DNA from: Salpingoeca rosetta
Lineage: Eukaryota > Protista > Choanoflagellata
DNA: 64,000 nt
Reading direction: 5' to 3'
NCBI GenBank assembly: GCA_033442325.1
Contig: JAWQFM010000010.1
Coordinates: 449,437-513,436, forward strand
This document shows positions 1 to 12,567 of this stretch, piece after piece. A program made the position numbers and the translations under genes. Under the pieces are notes generated by a model. The model was not told where the DNA came from. It worked only from the letters and a program-made list of their open reading frames with translations, and made no database searches. Numbering within the stretch: position 1 is the stretch's first letter; every line of letters begins with the position of its first letter.

Positions 1-49
1 CTGTGTGTGTGTGTGTCTGTGTGTGTCTGTGTGTGTGTCTGTGTGTGTG

Positions 50-91
<42 letters not shown>

Positions 92-177
92 TGTCTGTGT
101 GTGTGTGTGTGTGTGTTGTGTGTGTGTTGTGTGTGTGAATTCATTTGTACACGCTTTCACACACACACGCGCGACAG

Positions 178-343
178 ACAGCACGTCTCAAACGGCGAGC
201 GTTACTTGGAGATGTACACTACACAACGACTGATACCCAACGCGACCGGCGCATTGGAGACAAAAGGCAAGCACAAGCTTCAACAAGCAACAAGCACGCA
301 GAGATCAAAAGGTAAACAACAACACCAACAACAACAACCATAG
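178..343 (+). CDS. Possible terminal exon of a gene starting upstream of the window
   Basis: CAG acceptor at 175-177 after a TG-rich tract. Open frame QHVSNGERYLEMYTTQRLIPNATGALETKGKHK...QQQQP to TAG at 341-343. No recognisable domain. Confidence 0.3.
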
Positions 344-522
344 CGAGGATAGTGACGAGGTAAAGCGTCCTGAACAGTTGTGCACCGACACACAGCTGGA
401 AACGGACAGACGCGGATATTCACATACAAACAAACAAACACACACGTACAAACAAACAAACAAACACACACACGTACAAACAAACACACAAACAAACAAA
501 CAAACACTCTCTCGTGCACGTG

Positions 523-622
523 TCAGGAGAAGGAGGTGGCAGGTTTGAGGTAGGAGCGAGGGCAGAGGCCTTTGCGGCCGTTCTTGTTGTTGATGATGAC
601 GCAGAACCCAGACTCGTCCTGT

Positions 623-658
<36 letters not shown>

Positions 659-811
659 GCAAGAGGAGTGGAGGGCAGCGATTCAAGCGAGGTGACACAC
701 CACGGAAGGGCAATGAGGGCAGCATCGTGGAGGAGAAGGGAGTGCCTTGGCTCCAACACGGCGCATGTACACAGAATGCACACACAATTGCAAACAGCTT
801 TCAAACACAAA

Positions 812-886
<75 letters not shown>

Positions 887-1082
887 GCAGATGGAGACCT
901 GTTGGAGGACGGTGATGAGGTCGTCGGTGTTGACAGAGACGAACCCGTCTTTCGTTGCCTTGAATGGCTTGACGGCCTGCACACGCAGCCAATGGAGAGA
1001 AGGGAAACCGGGGATGGAAAGGGAGGTGACGTGGGTTCAGGAGCTCAGTAGGTGAAAAGAGCAGACATAGCGGAGGAGGCAA

Positions 1083-1120
<38 letters not shown>

Positions 1121-1284
1121 CAACACACCAACACACACACACACACACGCAGACCGTGTATCTGGTTGAGACGGGCTGGGCCATCCAGCGAATGCGCGTC
1201 TCCTCCGCATCTGGGGGAGGGAACGCAAGATAGAACTGATTAGATGCACGAGACGACGATGGGCAAGCGCAAGCAACGCCCCTC

Positions 1285-1333
<49 letters not shown>

Positions 1334-1610
1334 TAGTAGAATCAAAATCCAGTTTATTTTTTTTTTTTTTTTTTTTTTTTATCCCCCCATTCCATGCCCC
1401 CCCCGATTGTTAACACGTGACGGCGGCTCGCTCCTCCGCCTGTGTTGTTGACCGCCGCCGCCGCTCGCTGAATTCTTCCACGGACTGGCAGTGATGGTGG
1501 TGATGGGTGGGTGGGGGGTGGGACACGAAGGCGGGGGCGATTGAGAATCATCCGGTGGCTTCATCCAGCCACAAACACACACACACACATACACACACAC
1601 ACACTCGTCA

Positions 1611-1643
<33 letters not shown>

Positions 1644-1666
1644 GTCACTCACACACACACAAACAA

Positions 1667-1727
<61 letters not shown>

Positions 1728-2639
1728 GTCACACACACGCACGCACGTACTTACACACACCAGTTTCTGCTTTGCGTGTGCCGCTGTAGTGGGGTGTGCC
1801 CGAGTCCTGTGTGCACCACCAGCATTGGCCCTGCTTCGACTTCTGCCATCACCACCAACAGCACCTGCGCTAGTGTTTCTCGCACGCTCGCGCTGTTGTC
1901 TGCTCACATCACTCAACCCGCACACACCACCACCGCCACCACCACCATTGGCATAGCTGCTGGAGCTGCTGGTACTGCTGGGTGCGGCGCCCTTGTCATC
2001 TGTGTCCTTCTTGCTGCTCTTCCTTGCGGCCTTTGCTTTTGCCCGCGCCTCTTTCGCTTTTCGCCGCAGCTCTTCCTTCTCCAGCGTCATCCGCCGGTGC
2101 GACTCTGCATGCATGTGGCGTGGCGTGTTGTGTCGTGTGTATTGTGTTGTGTGTATTGTGTAGTGTGTGTTGTGTGTGCGTGTGCGTGAGGAGCTGAATA
2201 TTACTCGGGAAGAATACGAGACGTACCCACACGCACACAGCTCACCTCACCTCATACACGCACACAGCTCATCTCATCTCCTCGCAGAAGACACGCACAA
2301 CATGATGACCACGACGAACACTGATCACCTCGCCTCTCCTCACACGCCCACTGCTCACCTCATCTCAGACGCATACTGCTCACCTCCTCCCACAGCCCAC
2401 TCAACATACTGATGACCTCACCTCATACACACACCAGAGACACAAACAGCTCATCTCAGATGACACACTCACACAACACACACCACACACGCTTACCTCA
2501 GCACACAGCGGCACACACCAGGCANNNNNNNNNNNNNNNNNNNNNNNNNNNNNNNNNNNNNNNNNNNNNNNNNNNNNNNNNNNNNNNNNNNNNNNNNNNN
2601 NNNNNNNNNNNNNNNNNNNNNNNNACACACACACACGCA

Positions 2640-2670
<31 letters not shown>

Positions 2671-2897
2671 GCGTGCACACACGCGCGCAGCACACCTTTT
2701 TTCCTCCTCCTTTTGTCGCTGTTTTTCCTCCTTCATCTGCTGCTTGTGCCGCTCCCGCTTCTCTTTGTTCTGGAGACAGCACGCGAACGTATCAGATCAA
2801 GGCAAATCACGCGTGGGGGTGAACATGCACTTCAAGGATGCATGCATGTGTAAGCACAACGGCTCACAAGCATCTGACGCACGCACACACGCACACA

Positions 2898-2929
<32 letters not shown>

Positions 2930-3493
2930 ACGGCATGCGTATCTCTGTTCTCTCCTCCCCAGCAAATGCACCCGCACCTCCTGCTTCAACCGCTGCTTCT
3001 CTGCCTTTGCGCGCTCCTTGGGTGTCTGCAAACGCGCGGTGATGGCATGTGATGTCTTGTTTGTTCGCAAGCGCCCACACACCGTGCACTTTCAAACCAT
3101 CACACACAAACACACACACACATGTCCAAATATACACACACACGTCCAAATATACACACACACACACTTGTCTTACCATTTCGTGTTCTGGCTTTGGTGG
3201 CTTCGTGACTTTCTCCTTCTTCTTCTTCTTGTCCTTCTTCTTCTTTACATCAGCATCACCCATATCACCACCATCACCACTGCTGCCAACTTGTGCTGGC
3301 GCGGACGGTACGGACGGCAGCGGGCGCTGCTGCTGCTGCTGTGATGATGATGATGGTGACGATGATGATGGTTGTGGGGGCAGGACAGGGAGCTCTTCGT
3401 ACAGCGCTTCCTGAACACCACGACCTCGCTCCTCATCCGACAGCAGCCTTGGCCCTGCAATAATCAGGGGCAGTCGCGGGTGTATGCGTGTTG

Positions 3494-3558
<65 letters not shown>

Positions 3559-3951
3559 TGTGTATTTGTGTGTGTGTGTGTGTGTGTGTGTTTGTGTTGT
3601 GTGTTTGTGTTGCCTGGTTGCCTGGTTGTTTGTGACTGCACCAAGGTGCGAGTCTGCACCTCGCTTCACCTCTCGTTGAATGCGACACACAGTTTCGTTC
3701 TCCCACGTCACATTACCTGCGGCGTCTGCGATGGTCAGGTAGGTGTCTTCCCCTGCACCTTTAACAATGGAGATGTAGGTGTCTGTCTGGCTGGACAGCG
3801 CCCGCGCCTGAAGACGTCACACCGCAGTTCACACGTGCACAAGGTTCATGAACATCCAATGACAGGTCAGTCGGACCACATGACATGACATTCACAACGA
3901 TACGCACACATATGAAGGGGGGTACACACACACACGCACACATGCACACAC

Positions 3952-3982
<31 letters not shown>

Positions 3983-4058
3983 TACACACACACACACTCA
4001 CACACACGCACACATGCACACACACACACACATACACACACACACACACACACGCACG

Positions 4059-4100
<42 letters not shown>

Positions 4101-4295
4101 CACGCTGACCTCCTCGTGTGTAATGTATCCCGTGTCCACGGCCAGCTGGGCCAAGCAGGAGAGCGTGTCCATGCCCAACCGCTGTGCACCCGGTGCATCA
4201 TCCTGACTGCCGAGGGCAACAAGGCCCTGAGAGACGGAGAGCGTTTGTGAAAGAGACAGTGAGTGACCGAGGGAGACCGACAAAGACACAGAACG

Positions 4296-4327
<32 letters not shown>

Positions 4328-4694
4328 ACATACACGCACGCACGCACGCACATTGATGCAGAGTGAGCAAGGGGCGTAGCACTGCGGTGAGGAAACAGAT
4401 GGCACCGTGCATGCCAAGAATGGCATTGTTCTCGCCTCACCCGCATGTCGTCCACGCTCATGTATCCGCCGTCGGATGCCTTGTTGGCAAGCTGCTGTGC
4501 AGCCGTCACGGTGAGATATGTGCCATTGTCCATGGCCGCCCTCGCCTCCTATCAACGAATCCAAGCGTGATTGTGGCGGTTGAGCGATGCCGTTTCTTGT
4601 AACAGCAGTAGGGTACGCGTGCAGACATACGCACGCACGCATGCAACCAACCAATCAACCGCGGGGTTCTGGAGCAAGCCACAAGCCTCTTCAC

Positions 4695-4746
<52 letters not shown>

Positions 4747-4984
4747 CTGCCATTACCTCAACTGTCATGTAGCCAGAGTCGAGGGCGCACCTGGCGAGCG
4801 CCTGCTCACCAACGAGCAAGCAAGGCAAGTGGCTGTCAACAATCAACAACGCGGTCCATGCAACAGGCAAACAGCACACACAGCACAACATACACAGCAC
4901 ACGCACACACGCACACACGCACACATGCACACACGCACACACCATCACAACACCTGCCTGCATCGTTTTCTTGTTGACGTCCAT
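523..4984 (-). CDS. Multi-exon adaptor/scaffold: N-terminal tyrosine-motif repeats, Pro-rich segment, Lys/Glu-rich coiled coil, C-terminal SH3 domain
   Basis: In-frame exons 4984-4958 (GC donor), 4801-4757, 4548-4441, 4226-4110, 3807-3717, 3454-3177, 3025-2978, 2769-2696, then ~2103-1762, ~1485-1420, ~1210-1155, 976-899, 618-523 (TGA). The phase mismatch across the N gap suggests a hidden exon. C-terminus [55 protein letters not shown] fits the SH3 pattern. Confidence 0.8.
2525..2624. other. Assembly gap (100 N)
   Basis: Run of N inside the SH3-scaffold gene. Confidence 0.99.
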
Positions 4985-5056
4985 CTTGGCTGCCGAAACC
5001 CTGTGGTATCATTCACAAATCGTCAAGACTTGCACCGCCCACCAAACACCACAACG

Positions 5057-5686
5057 ATGATGAGGCGAAGCAGCGTGGTGCTGTTTGTGGCTGTGGGGTT
5101 GATAGTGGTTGGCACGGCACTGCTGTCGCTGTACATCAACACGGCCCAGCGTGTGGTCCCACTGGAGGCCGTGTGCAGCGGTGCTGATGCAGTGCGTGTC
5201 CATCCGCTGGAGGCCCCCATGCTGGAGCAGCTCCTGAAACAGCAGTGGACAGCCAAAGCCGCGGATGAGCACGTGATGCCGAATGTGCCTGCCAACCTTC
5301 TCACACGCACGATGCACACGGAGATGGGGGACGTGCTCTTTGTGCACAACCCTGAACGACTGCATAAGCGTGTCACGCAGCAGTCGCGCCGCCAATCAGC
5401 GAAGGTGAACCTGCGGCGACCCTTCGATCCCCGCGACTTTCACTTTGGCAAGGTGTCACTCAACGAGTTTCTGTTTGTCATGACGGATGATGCCAATGCC
5501 CACGACGAGTGCACCGCCTTTTCGGACATTCAAGCCTTCCACCGGCCTGTCCACGCCGTTCTCGTCAACAAGTCCCCGCTCTCAAAGTACTCCGGCCTTC
5601 TTGTCCCATTCCTCCGCGAACAACGCAATCAGGTGTGTGTGTATGTGTATGTGCGTGTATGTGTGTGTGTGTGTATGTGCGCGTGC

Positions 5687-5718
<32 letters not shown>

Positions 5719-6526
5719 GCGTGTGCGTGCATGTGCGTGCGTGTGTGCGTGTGTGTGTGTGTATGTGTATGCGTGTATGTGTGTTTTATGGTTCTTGCTT
5801 GAAAACTTTGTTGGTGCATGCGTCGCAGCGCTTTTGTTCGAGCCCGTTTCCCCCTTTCTTTGGCGTATTGCCATGGTCCAACTCCTCACTTCCTTCCCAC
5901 CCATTCAACACGCTTCACCTTCCGTTCCGCTCCGTACTCGCCCCGCCCTCCCTGTCGCACCCAAACGTCAGGTGATGACGGCTGATGCGCTCCTGGTTGG
6001 CCTCGGCTTTGCCAATCGACTGCAAGGCAGTGGCATCCGCGTTGGCTTCAACTCCCTCTATGCTGGCGCGTCTGTCAACCACCTCCACTTCCAGTTCTGG
6101 TGGGACACGCACGCGCTGCCCATTGAGCTTGCAGAGATGACGACCGTCACGGCAACAGACCGCTTGCTGGTTGAGCGCGACGCGGGGTACCTGTCATCGT
6201 TTCTCCGCTTCACGTACGACCGAGCAGCGCCCGGCGTGGTGGTGGAAGCGCTCATGCCCGCACTACAGCACCTCACGCGCCGCAACACCCCATACAACCT
6301 CGTGCTTGTCCCCGGCATGGTGTATCTGCTGCCTCGACAGCCCATGCTGAAACAACTCGGCAGCATCAACGTTGGATTCCCTGAAGTCTCCGGCACGCCG
6401 CTTGTGCCGTCGCATGACGACTTTGTTGCGCTGACGGCCGAGGATGTTGTGCGCCACTGGACTACACACGTGCGCGTCCCAAGCACAGTATTTGATGAGC
6501 TCGTGGACATCATCGTCGACAGCTAA
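5057..6526 (+). CDS. GDPGP1: GDP-D-glucose phosphorylase / VTC2 (GDP-L-galactose phosphorylase) family HIT protein with N-terminal signal anchor
   Basis: Exons 5057-5632 and 5972-6526. Family motifs [48 protein letters not shown] (HIT-type HxHxQ), PYNL and GFPEVSG. N-terminus [27 protein letters not shown] is hydrophobic. Confidence 0.85.
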
Positions 6527-6895
6527 CGCGCTGATCGTGTGAGTGTGCATGTGTGTGCGTGTGTGAGTGTGTGCGTGCCCTGCGTTGTCTCTCTTATATC
6601 TCATTGTGTTTGGATACTTTAGCTTGTGAGGAGGAATAGGATAGCTTGCATGCTGAAGTGACTGACATACAACGAACGTAAAATGGCTTGGAAGCGAGGG
6701 GCTCGTTGTAACAATGCTACACCCACGGGCATTTTATTCAACTGACATCAACAACATGCTCCCAAACACGCATGCGCACAAGCACGGAGGCACACAAGCC
6801 GTAACAGCACCCTCTACTCATGATAACAGGCTGTGGCGTGTGGTGTGGTGTTGTGTTGTGTTGTGGAAGGTTCCAAACATGCACATACACACATA

Positions 6896-6940
<45 letters not shown>

Positions 6941-6946
6941 TGGGCA

Positions 6947-8041
6947 TCACGGCTTGATGCAAGTGATGGTGGTCACATCACGCTGGCAGACGGGTGTCGG
7001 CGTGTCATGGCACGTGGGCACGTTGAACACCTGGCCGTGGTACACGGCCGTCGTTGAGCCGCCGCCATCGAGATTCATGGCCTCATATGCGCCAACCGCC
7101 ACCAGCAGCTCCGCAAGCTCAAACAGGTCGGGCCCCTGCTTCGTCGCCTCCACCCCGTCCACAACAAGAGAGATGAGTGTGCCATCGGCGCGAACGCCAA
7201 CGGCTGTGCGTGGCGCCTTCTCCGTGACGAAACCAGATGTTGGCGAGATGTCACGCGATTTGTTCACGTAACTCTTTCCCTTGCGCACCAGCCACCCACT
7301 CCCAGACAGGAGCTGCGTGAACCTGTTTGGTGTTTGGTTTGTGTGCGTATGTGTGTGTTTGTGTGTGAATATGCGAATGAAGGGCGGTGCGGTGATGCAG
7401 AGAAGAACATAGTAGACGGCCGACAAAATGCCACACACACACACACACACACATGCACACACACACATGCACATGCACACACACACACATGCCCACACAC
7501 ATGCACACACACACATGTATGCACGCATAACACGGAACACAGCTCCTCTCCTCTCTCTGTACTCGTGGTTGAGCTGACCGGAACTTGGCAATGTCTGGAC
7601 CATCAACAAAGCCAACCACAGTTCGCTTGTTCTCGGTGAGACCAAACACGCAGTTGCCTGTGGCGGGCAGCTGTATCGTCTTGGAGTCGATGATGATGTT
7701 CCCCTGTGCACAGCATCAACAAATGTGAGGTGAATGAACGCTGATGGGGGTCGATGAAAGGCGCCAAACGACCTGGTACCAGGCGCAATCCATGCTGCGC
7801 GCGCGACTGAAGCCAGCGATACCACCATGTCGGACAATTGGTGGCGCATAGATGTGATGTGACAAACCTCGCAGGCCGGCGGTGTAAAGGCGAAGAACCC
7901 GCCGTTGGTCGCATACACGCAGTCAAGCTTCTGTGCAGAGTCTGGTTTTGTATGCAGTGATGGGGCATGTGGGAAAGGGAAGTGAGGTACTCTAAAAGTT
8001 TGTCTCGATCGAGACGCCAACTGTTGGCGATGCCCGCTCTT

Positions 8042-8119
<78 letters not shown>

Positions 8120-8377
8120 CACACCTTGTGTGGTGGTGTGCTGTTTACAGCCATCAGGGACGAGGCCAAAGTGGAACTTGCTCAGGTTGTTCAGGATGGC
8201 AAGATACGCAGTGTATGGACGTCCAGTGGAGTTGTAGTGGCCAGTCAGTTTCTTCACATTCAGTGGCTGTGATGTCTGAAACGCATGTGCATGTGTGTGT
8301 GTGCGTGTGTGTGTGTGTGCGTGTGTGTGTATGCGTGTGTGTGTATGTGTGTGTATGTGTGTGAGCATGTGTGTGAG

Positions 8378-8417
<40 letters not shown>

Positions 8418-8698
8418 TGTTCAATTGTGAGTGCATGCCAAGTAAACAGAGCACCACCAGGCACGATTGCACGCCGATCTCTGCAACTACATATCACACC
8501 CGTCCTCACCTCACCTCACCTCCCCTCCCCCCGGCTATCCCCCACCAACTTCTCAGTGCGTACTGCGTTGGGCCATGGCAGCTGGTCCACGTCCGTTGGG
8601 CCCGAGGGAGCCGTGGGTGGCACAAGCAACCCTTCCCCAACACCACTGAACACCACAACCACCAGCACCGCCACCAGCGAAACACAAACAAGCTTCAT
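6947..8698 (-). CDS. NAGPA: NAGPA / DUF2233-family phosphodiester glycosidase (uncovering-enzyme-like), secreted
   Basis: Exons 8698-8546, 8275-8125, 7941-7868, 7703-7579, 7322-6947 join in frame. Signal peptide MKLVCVSLVAVLVVVVFSGVGEG. Motifs ATNGGFF, QLLSGSGWLVRKG, APRTAVG, AMNLDGGGSTT and CQRDVTTITC. Confidence 0.88.
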
Positions 8699-8851
8699 CT
8701 TGGCACGACACACGACATACAAAAGTATGTTCCAAATACGACAGCACAAGGCGCAGTTAACTCCACGTGTTGTTGTTGTTGTTGTTGTGTTTGCTGTTTG
8801 CACCAACCCACCACCACCCACCACCCTCCTCGCTGTTCGTTGACTGCCACG

Positions 8852-10997
8852 ATGGTGACGTTCACATGCAACGCTTGCGGCGAGAGCGTGAAGAAGCCCA
8901 AGGTTGAGAGCCACTACCGAAACAACTGCCCAGACTGCACAGTGCTGTCATGCATGGATTGTGGCGTGGATTTCTACGGAGACGACTACAAAACACACAA
9001 CTCGTACGACACAGCGTGCTTGTGTGTGTGTATGTGTGTGTCTCTGCGTGCTTGTGTGTGTATGTGTGTATGTGTACATGTGTGTGTGTGTGTGAATGTG
9101 CGAGGGAGACTGCGCAACGTCTGTTGTTGTGCATCCCGTTGCTTGTGTGTGCAGTGGCACTTCATGCGCAACTCGCTGCCAACTCACTGCAAATCCATGC
9201 CGATCACTAACACTTCTTCTGCAGGTGCATTTCGGAAGCTGAAAAGTATCAAGGGGCACTGTATCAAGCCAAGGACGGTAAGGCATCCAAAGGCGCAGTC
9301 AAGCAGCAGTCATGGCTTGGGGTAAGTGTGAATCACCGCATAATCGCAAGCATGGCTGCGTCAAGGGGGCAGACTGCCGTGTCCCACTTGCTCCTGGCTG
9401 ACATGAATGTGCTCACACACCCCACGCACTGTATTTTTGTTGCTCGCCGCAGAATCTGCAAGCAATGATTGAGGACGAGAAGACGAGGCCAGAACTGAAG
9501 CCGTACTTGAAACAGGTGTGTAACACAGGCATGTGGTACACGAGGCAGCTTGCCCACGAGACAACATCTTGCGTTTGAGGCTCAGCCACACCTGTGGCAC
9601 GCACAGTGACATGCATGGCACGTGTACTCATCCACGCTGTTCTCACACACATGCCCACCCGCATACACGTGCAGATGGCTGCGTACGAGAACGTGCCCAG
9701 AAAGCTCGTGAAGTTCCAGCGCTGGTGCTCCAACAGGTGCGTGTATAAATAAAGGTGGTGCGGTGGCACGTGCAGGATACACCGCAATTTCTACACACAC
9801 ACACACATACATATATACATATACACATACAAACGCTCACACTGACACATACATACACTCACGCACACTTACACACATATATACACATACAAACACTCAC
9901 ACTGACACGCTCACACACATACTTACACACACACACACTCTCTCACTCTCACACGCCAACACACACACATACGCACACACGCACAAACACACACACACAC
10001 GTACCCACACACTTACATACACACGTACATACGCTCACGCACACTGCTGTGGCATGGGGTGCAGCCTTCGCCTGCGCAACGCCAAGTTGGCAGAGGAGCT
10101 GTTCAACACAATCGCAGAACAGCAGAAGAAGAACAAGCAGGAGGCAAGTGGAGAGACGAAGAACAATGGAACCACAACAGCAGGCGATGGCGCCGGTGAC
10201 AGTGACAAGACCGAGACAAATGGAGGCAGCAGTACGCAGGAGAACACGGAGGAGAAGGTGAGCAAGAAGGAGAAGAAGAAGAAGAAGAAGAGCAAGAAGG
10301 ATAAGAAGGAAAAGAAAGATAAGAAGGAGAAGGAAGCAACGGTGAGCAAGGAGGAAAAGAAGAAAGACAGCGCAGAGCAAGCAGCCAAGAAGGACAAGAA
10401 GAGCAAGAAGAGCAAGAAGGACAAGAAGGACAAGAAGGACAAGAAGAGCAAGAAGGAGGACAAGGCTGCCGATGAGAGCAATGACGATGGCGAGAAGAAG
10501 AGTAAGAAGGAGAAGAAGGAGAAGAAGAACAACGGCACCTTGATGCAACAGCTCGCCTCCCTCTCTGAACAGCAGCACCTGACACCCATCACTGCCGAGA
10601 TCAAAGGTGTGTGTGTGTCTGTCTTTCTGTATGAGTGTGCGTGTGTGTGTCTGTCTGTCATGAGTGAGTGAGTGTGTGTGTGTGTGTGTGTCTGTGTGTC
10701 TGTGTGTCTGTCTGTGTTGGGACACATGATGTTCTTTCGCACGCTGCGATACAGCAATCTCCATCATCACTCACGCGCGTGAATGGATGTGCGCTTCTCC
10801 CTCCAGAATCGGAAAACGCTGAGAAGAAGAAGAAGACGACGACGAAGGAAGCGAAACGCAAGGCAAGCAAAGACAGTGACAGCACTCGTGCTCGTGCTGA
10901 TGATGTCGATGAGGAGCCTGTGGCAAAGAAGGCAAAGAAGGACAAGAAGGCAAAGAAGGACAAGAAGAGCAAGAAGAACAAGAGCAAGAAGGAGTAG
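8852..10997 (+). CDS. LYAR: Cell growth-regulating nucleolar protein (LYAR-type C2HC zinc fingers, Lys-rich tail)
   Basis: MVTFTCNACGESVKKPKVESHY...C...LSCMDCGVDFYGDDYKTHNS|CISEAEKYQG is the LYAR zinc-finger signature. It is followed by YENVPRKLVKF and long KKDKK repeats, with TAG at 10995-10997. Confidence 0.92.
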
Positions 10998-11235
10998 TAC
11001 GGAACACTCAAAGCATGTGGCGTGTGCGTGGTGGTTGTGTGTGGCCTCGTTGCCTTGGCTTTGCGTTTGTGCATTTCCGACCACACGGCCAACGCGCACT
11101 GGCCCGCTGTTGCTTCGTTCATTCATTGGATACACAGCCGCATTCAACAGCAAGCGAACAACGTCTCTTGTGGCGAGAGAGAGAGAGAGAGAGCGAGAAA
11201 GCGAGAGACATGGAAGAGGGAGAGAAAAAATTGCA

Positions 11236-11321
<86 letters not shown>

Positions 11322-11324
11322 CGG

Positions 11325-11772
11325 TTATGATGTCGACGATCTCGATGCGAACGATGATGACGATGGCGGCTTTGGGACGCGCGGTGGGAGGAGGCGCGGC
11401 CCTTTCGGCTCCAGCGCAATTCCGCCAATGTCAAGTGTCAGATCAACAGCCTGATGACGGTGATGGCGGTGGCGGTGGTGGTGGTGGTGGTGGTGGTGGT
11501 GGTCGCATGTATGCATGAGCACTCGTGCGCGAGGAAGAGAGAACACGAGGTGTTTTCACTCCCAGCACACCACACAAATCACACCATCAAGCCAATCAAA
11601 CCAATCAAACGCATGACACTATCGTCTCTTGAATGTCATCATCATCACCTGCTGTGGAATGGCCTTTGGACCGCGGGGCCCACGAAGACCGCGCATGTAC
11701 GTGACAGGTTTGCTCGTGTTTGTGTACCCGTCCTTCTTTGTCTGCGTCGCATTGGTTCTGTAGGAAATAGTG

Positions 11773-11807
<35 letters not shown>

Positions 11808-12501
11808 GTGTTTGTGTGTTTGTGTTTGTGTGAGCAAGTGAGAGAGTGTGTGTGAGTGTGTTGTGTGTGAGTGTGTGTTGTGTGTGTTTGTGTGTTTGTG
11901 TGAGTAAGTGAGTGTGTGTGTGTGAGTGTGTACATGAGGGCTTGAAAGCAAGTACCAATACGTTCAAACATGGCCGTGCAAGAAACATCAACCTGACGTG
12001 CGAAGCCAGTTGATCCGTACACCAGACAACAGGCACAACACACAAGATGGAAACGTACTTTGGAAGGTAGACCTGCGTTGTGTTCTCTCGCCTGAAGTGG
12101 CTGTTGTGCGTCTGTGTCGAGTGTGTTTTCTTCTGCCGCATGTTGGCCTGTGATGTGACAACAACACACGAGCAGGTGTTAGTGAGACCCCTTGAACACC
12201 CTCGCCAATGCTCAGCTAGCACACACCAACAAGACAACAGCACCACCACCCGGCCACCGTCGCTAGCACGCACCAGTCTGAGCGCCTTCCTGCGCAGTTC
12301 CCACTCGTTCCACTCGTAGTTGCGGTCCAAGTGCGTCTCCACGGGGTGCGTTTCCGTCTGCATCCCCGCATCGCATTTCACCGCCATCTTCCGCCCGCCT
12401 GTATCGTCGTCGTCAGTGGTGGTGTTGTCGTGTTGTTGGTGTTTTCGCATGGGTGCACATGCATCGTGGATGAGTGACTAACAAAGTGTTTAGCAACAAA
12501 T

Positions 12502-12567
<66 letters not shown>

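Noticed and set aside
4571-6526. 651-aa single ORF as one uninterrupted protein
   Set aside because: It reads through the upstream region and an in-frame TG-repeat intron (5633-5971). The supported CDS starts at 5057 and has two exons.
9949-10770. Leu/Phe-rich minus-strand ORFs that look like membrane proteins
   Set aside because: They are antisense shadows of the Lys-rich LYAR exon.
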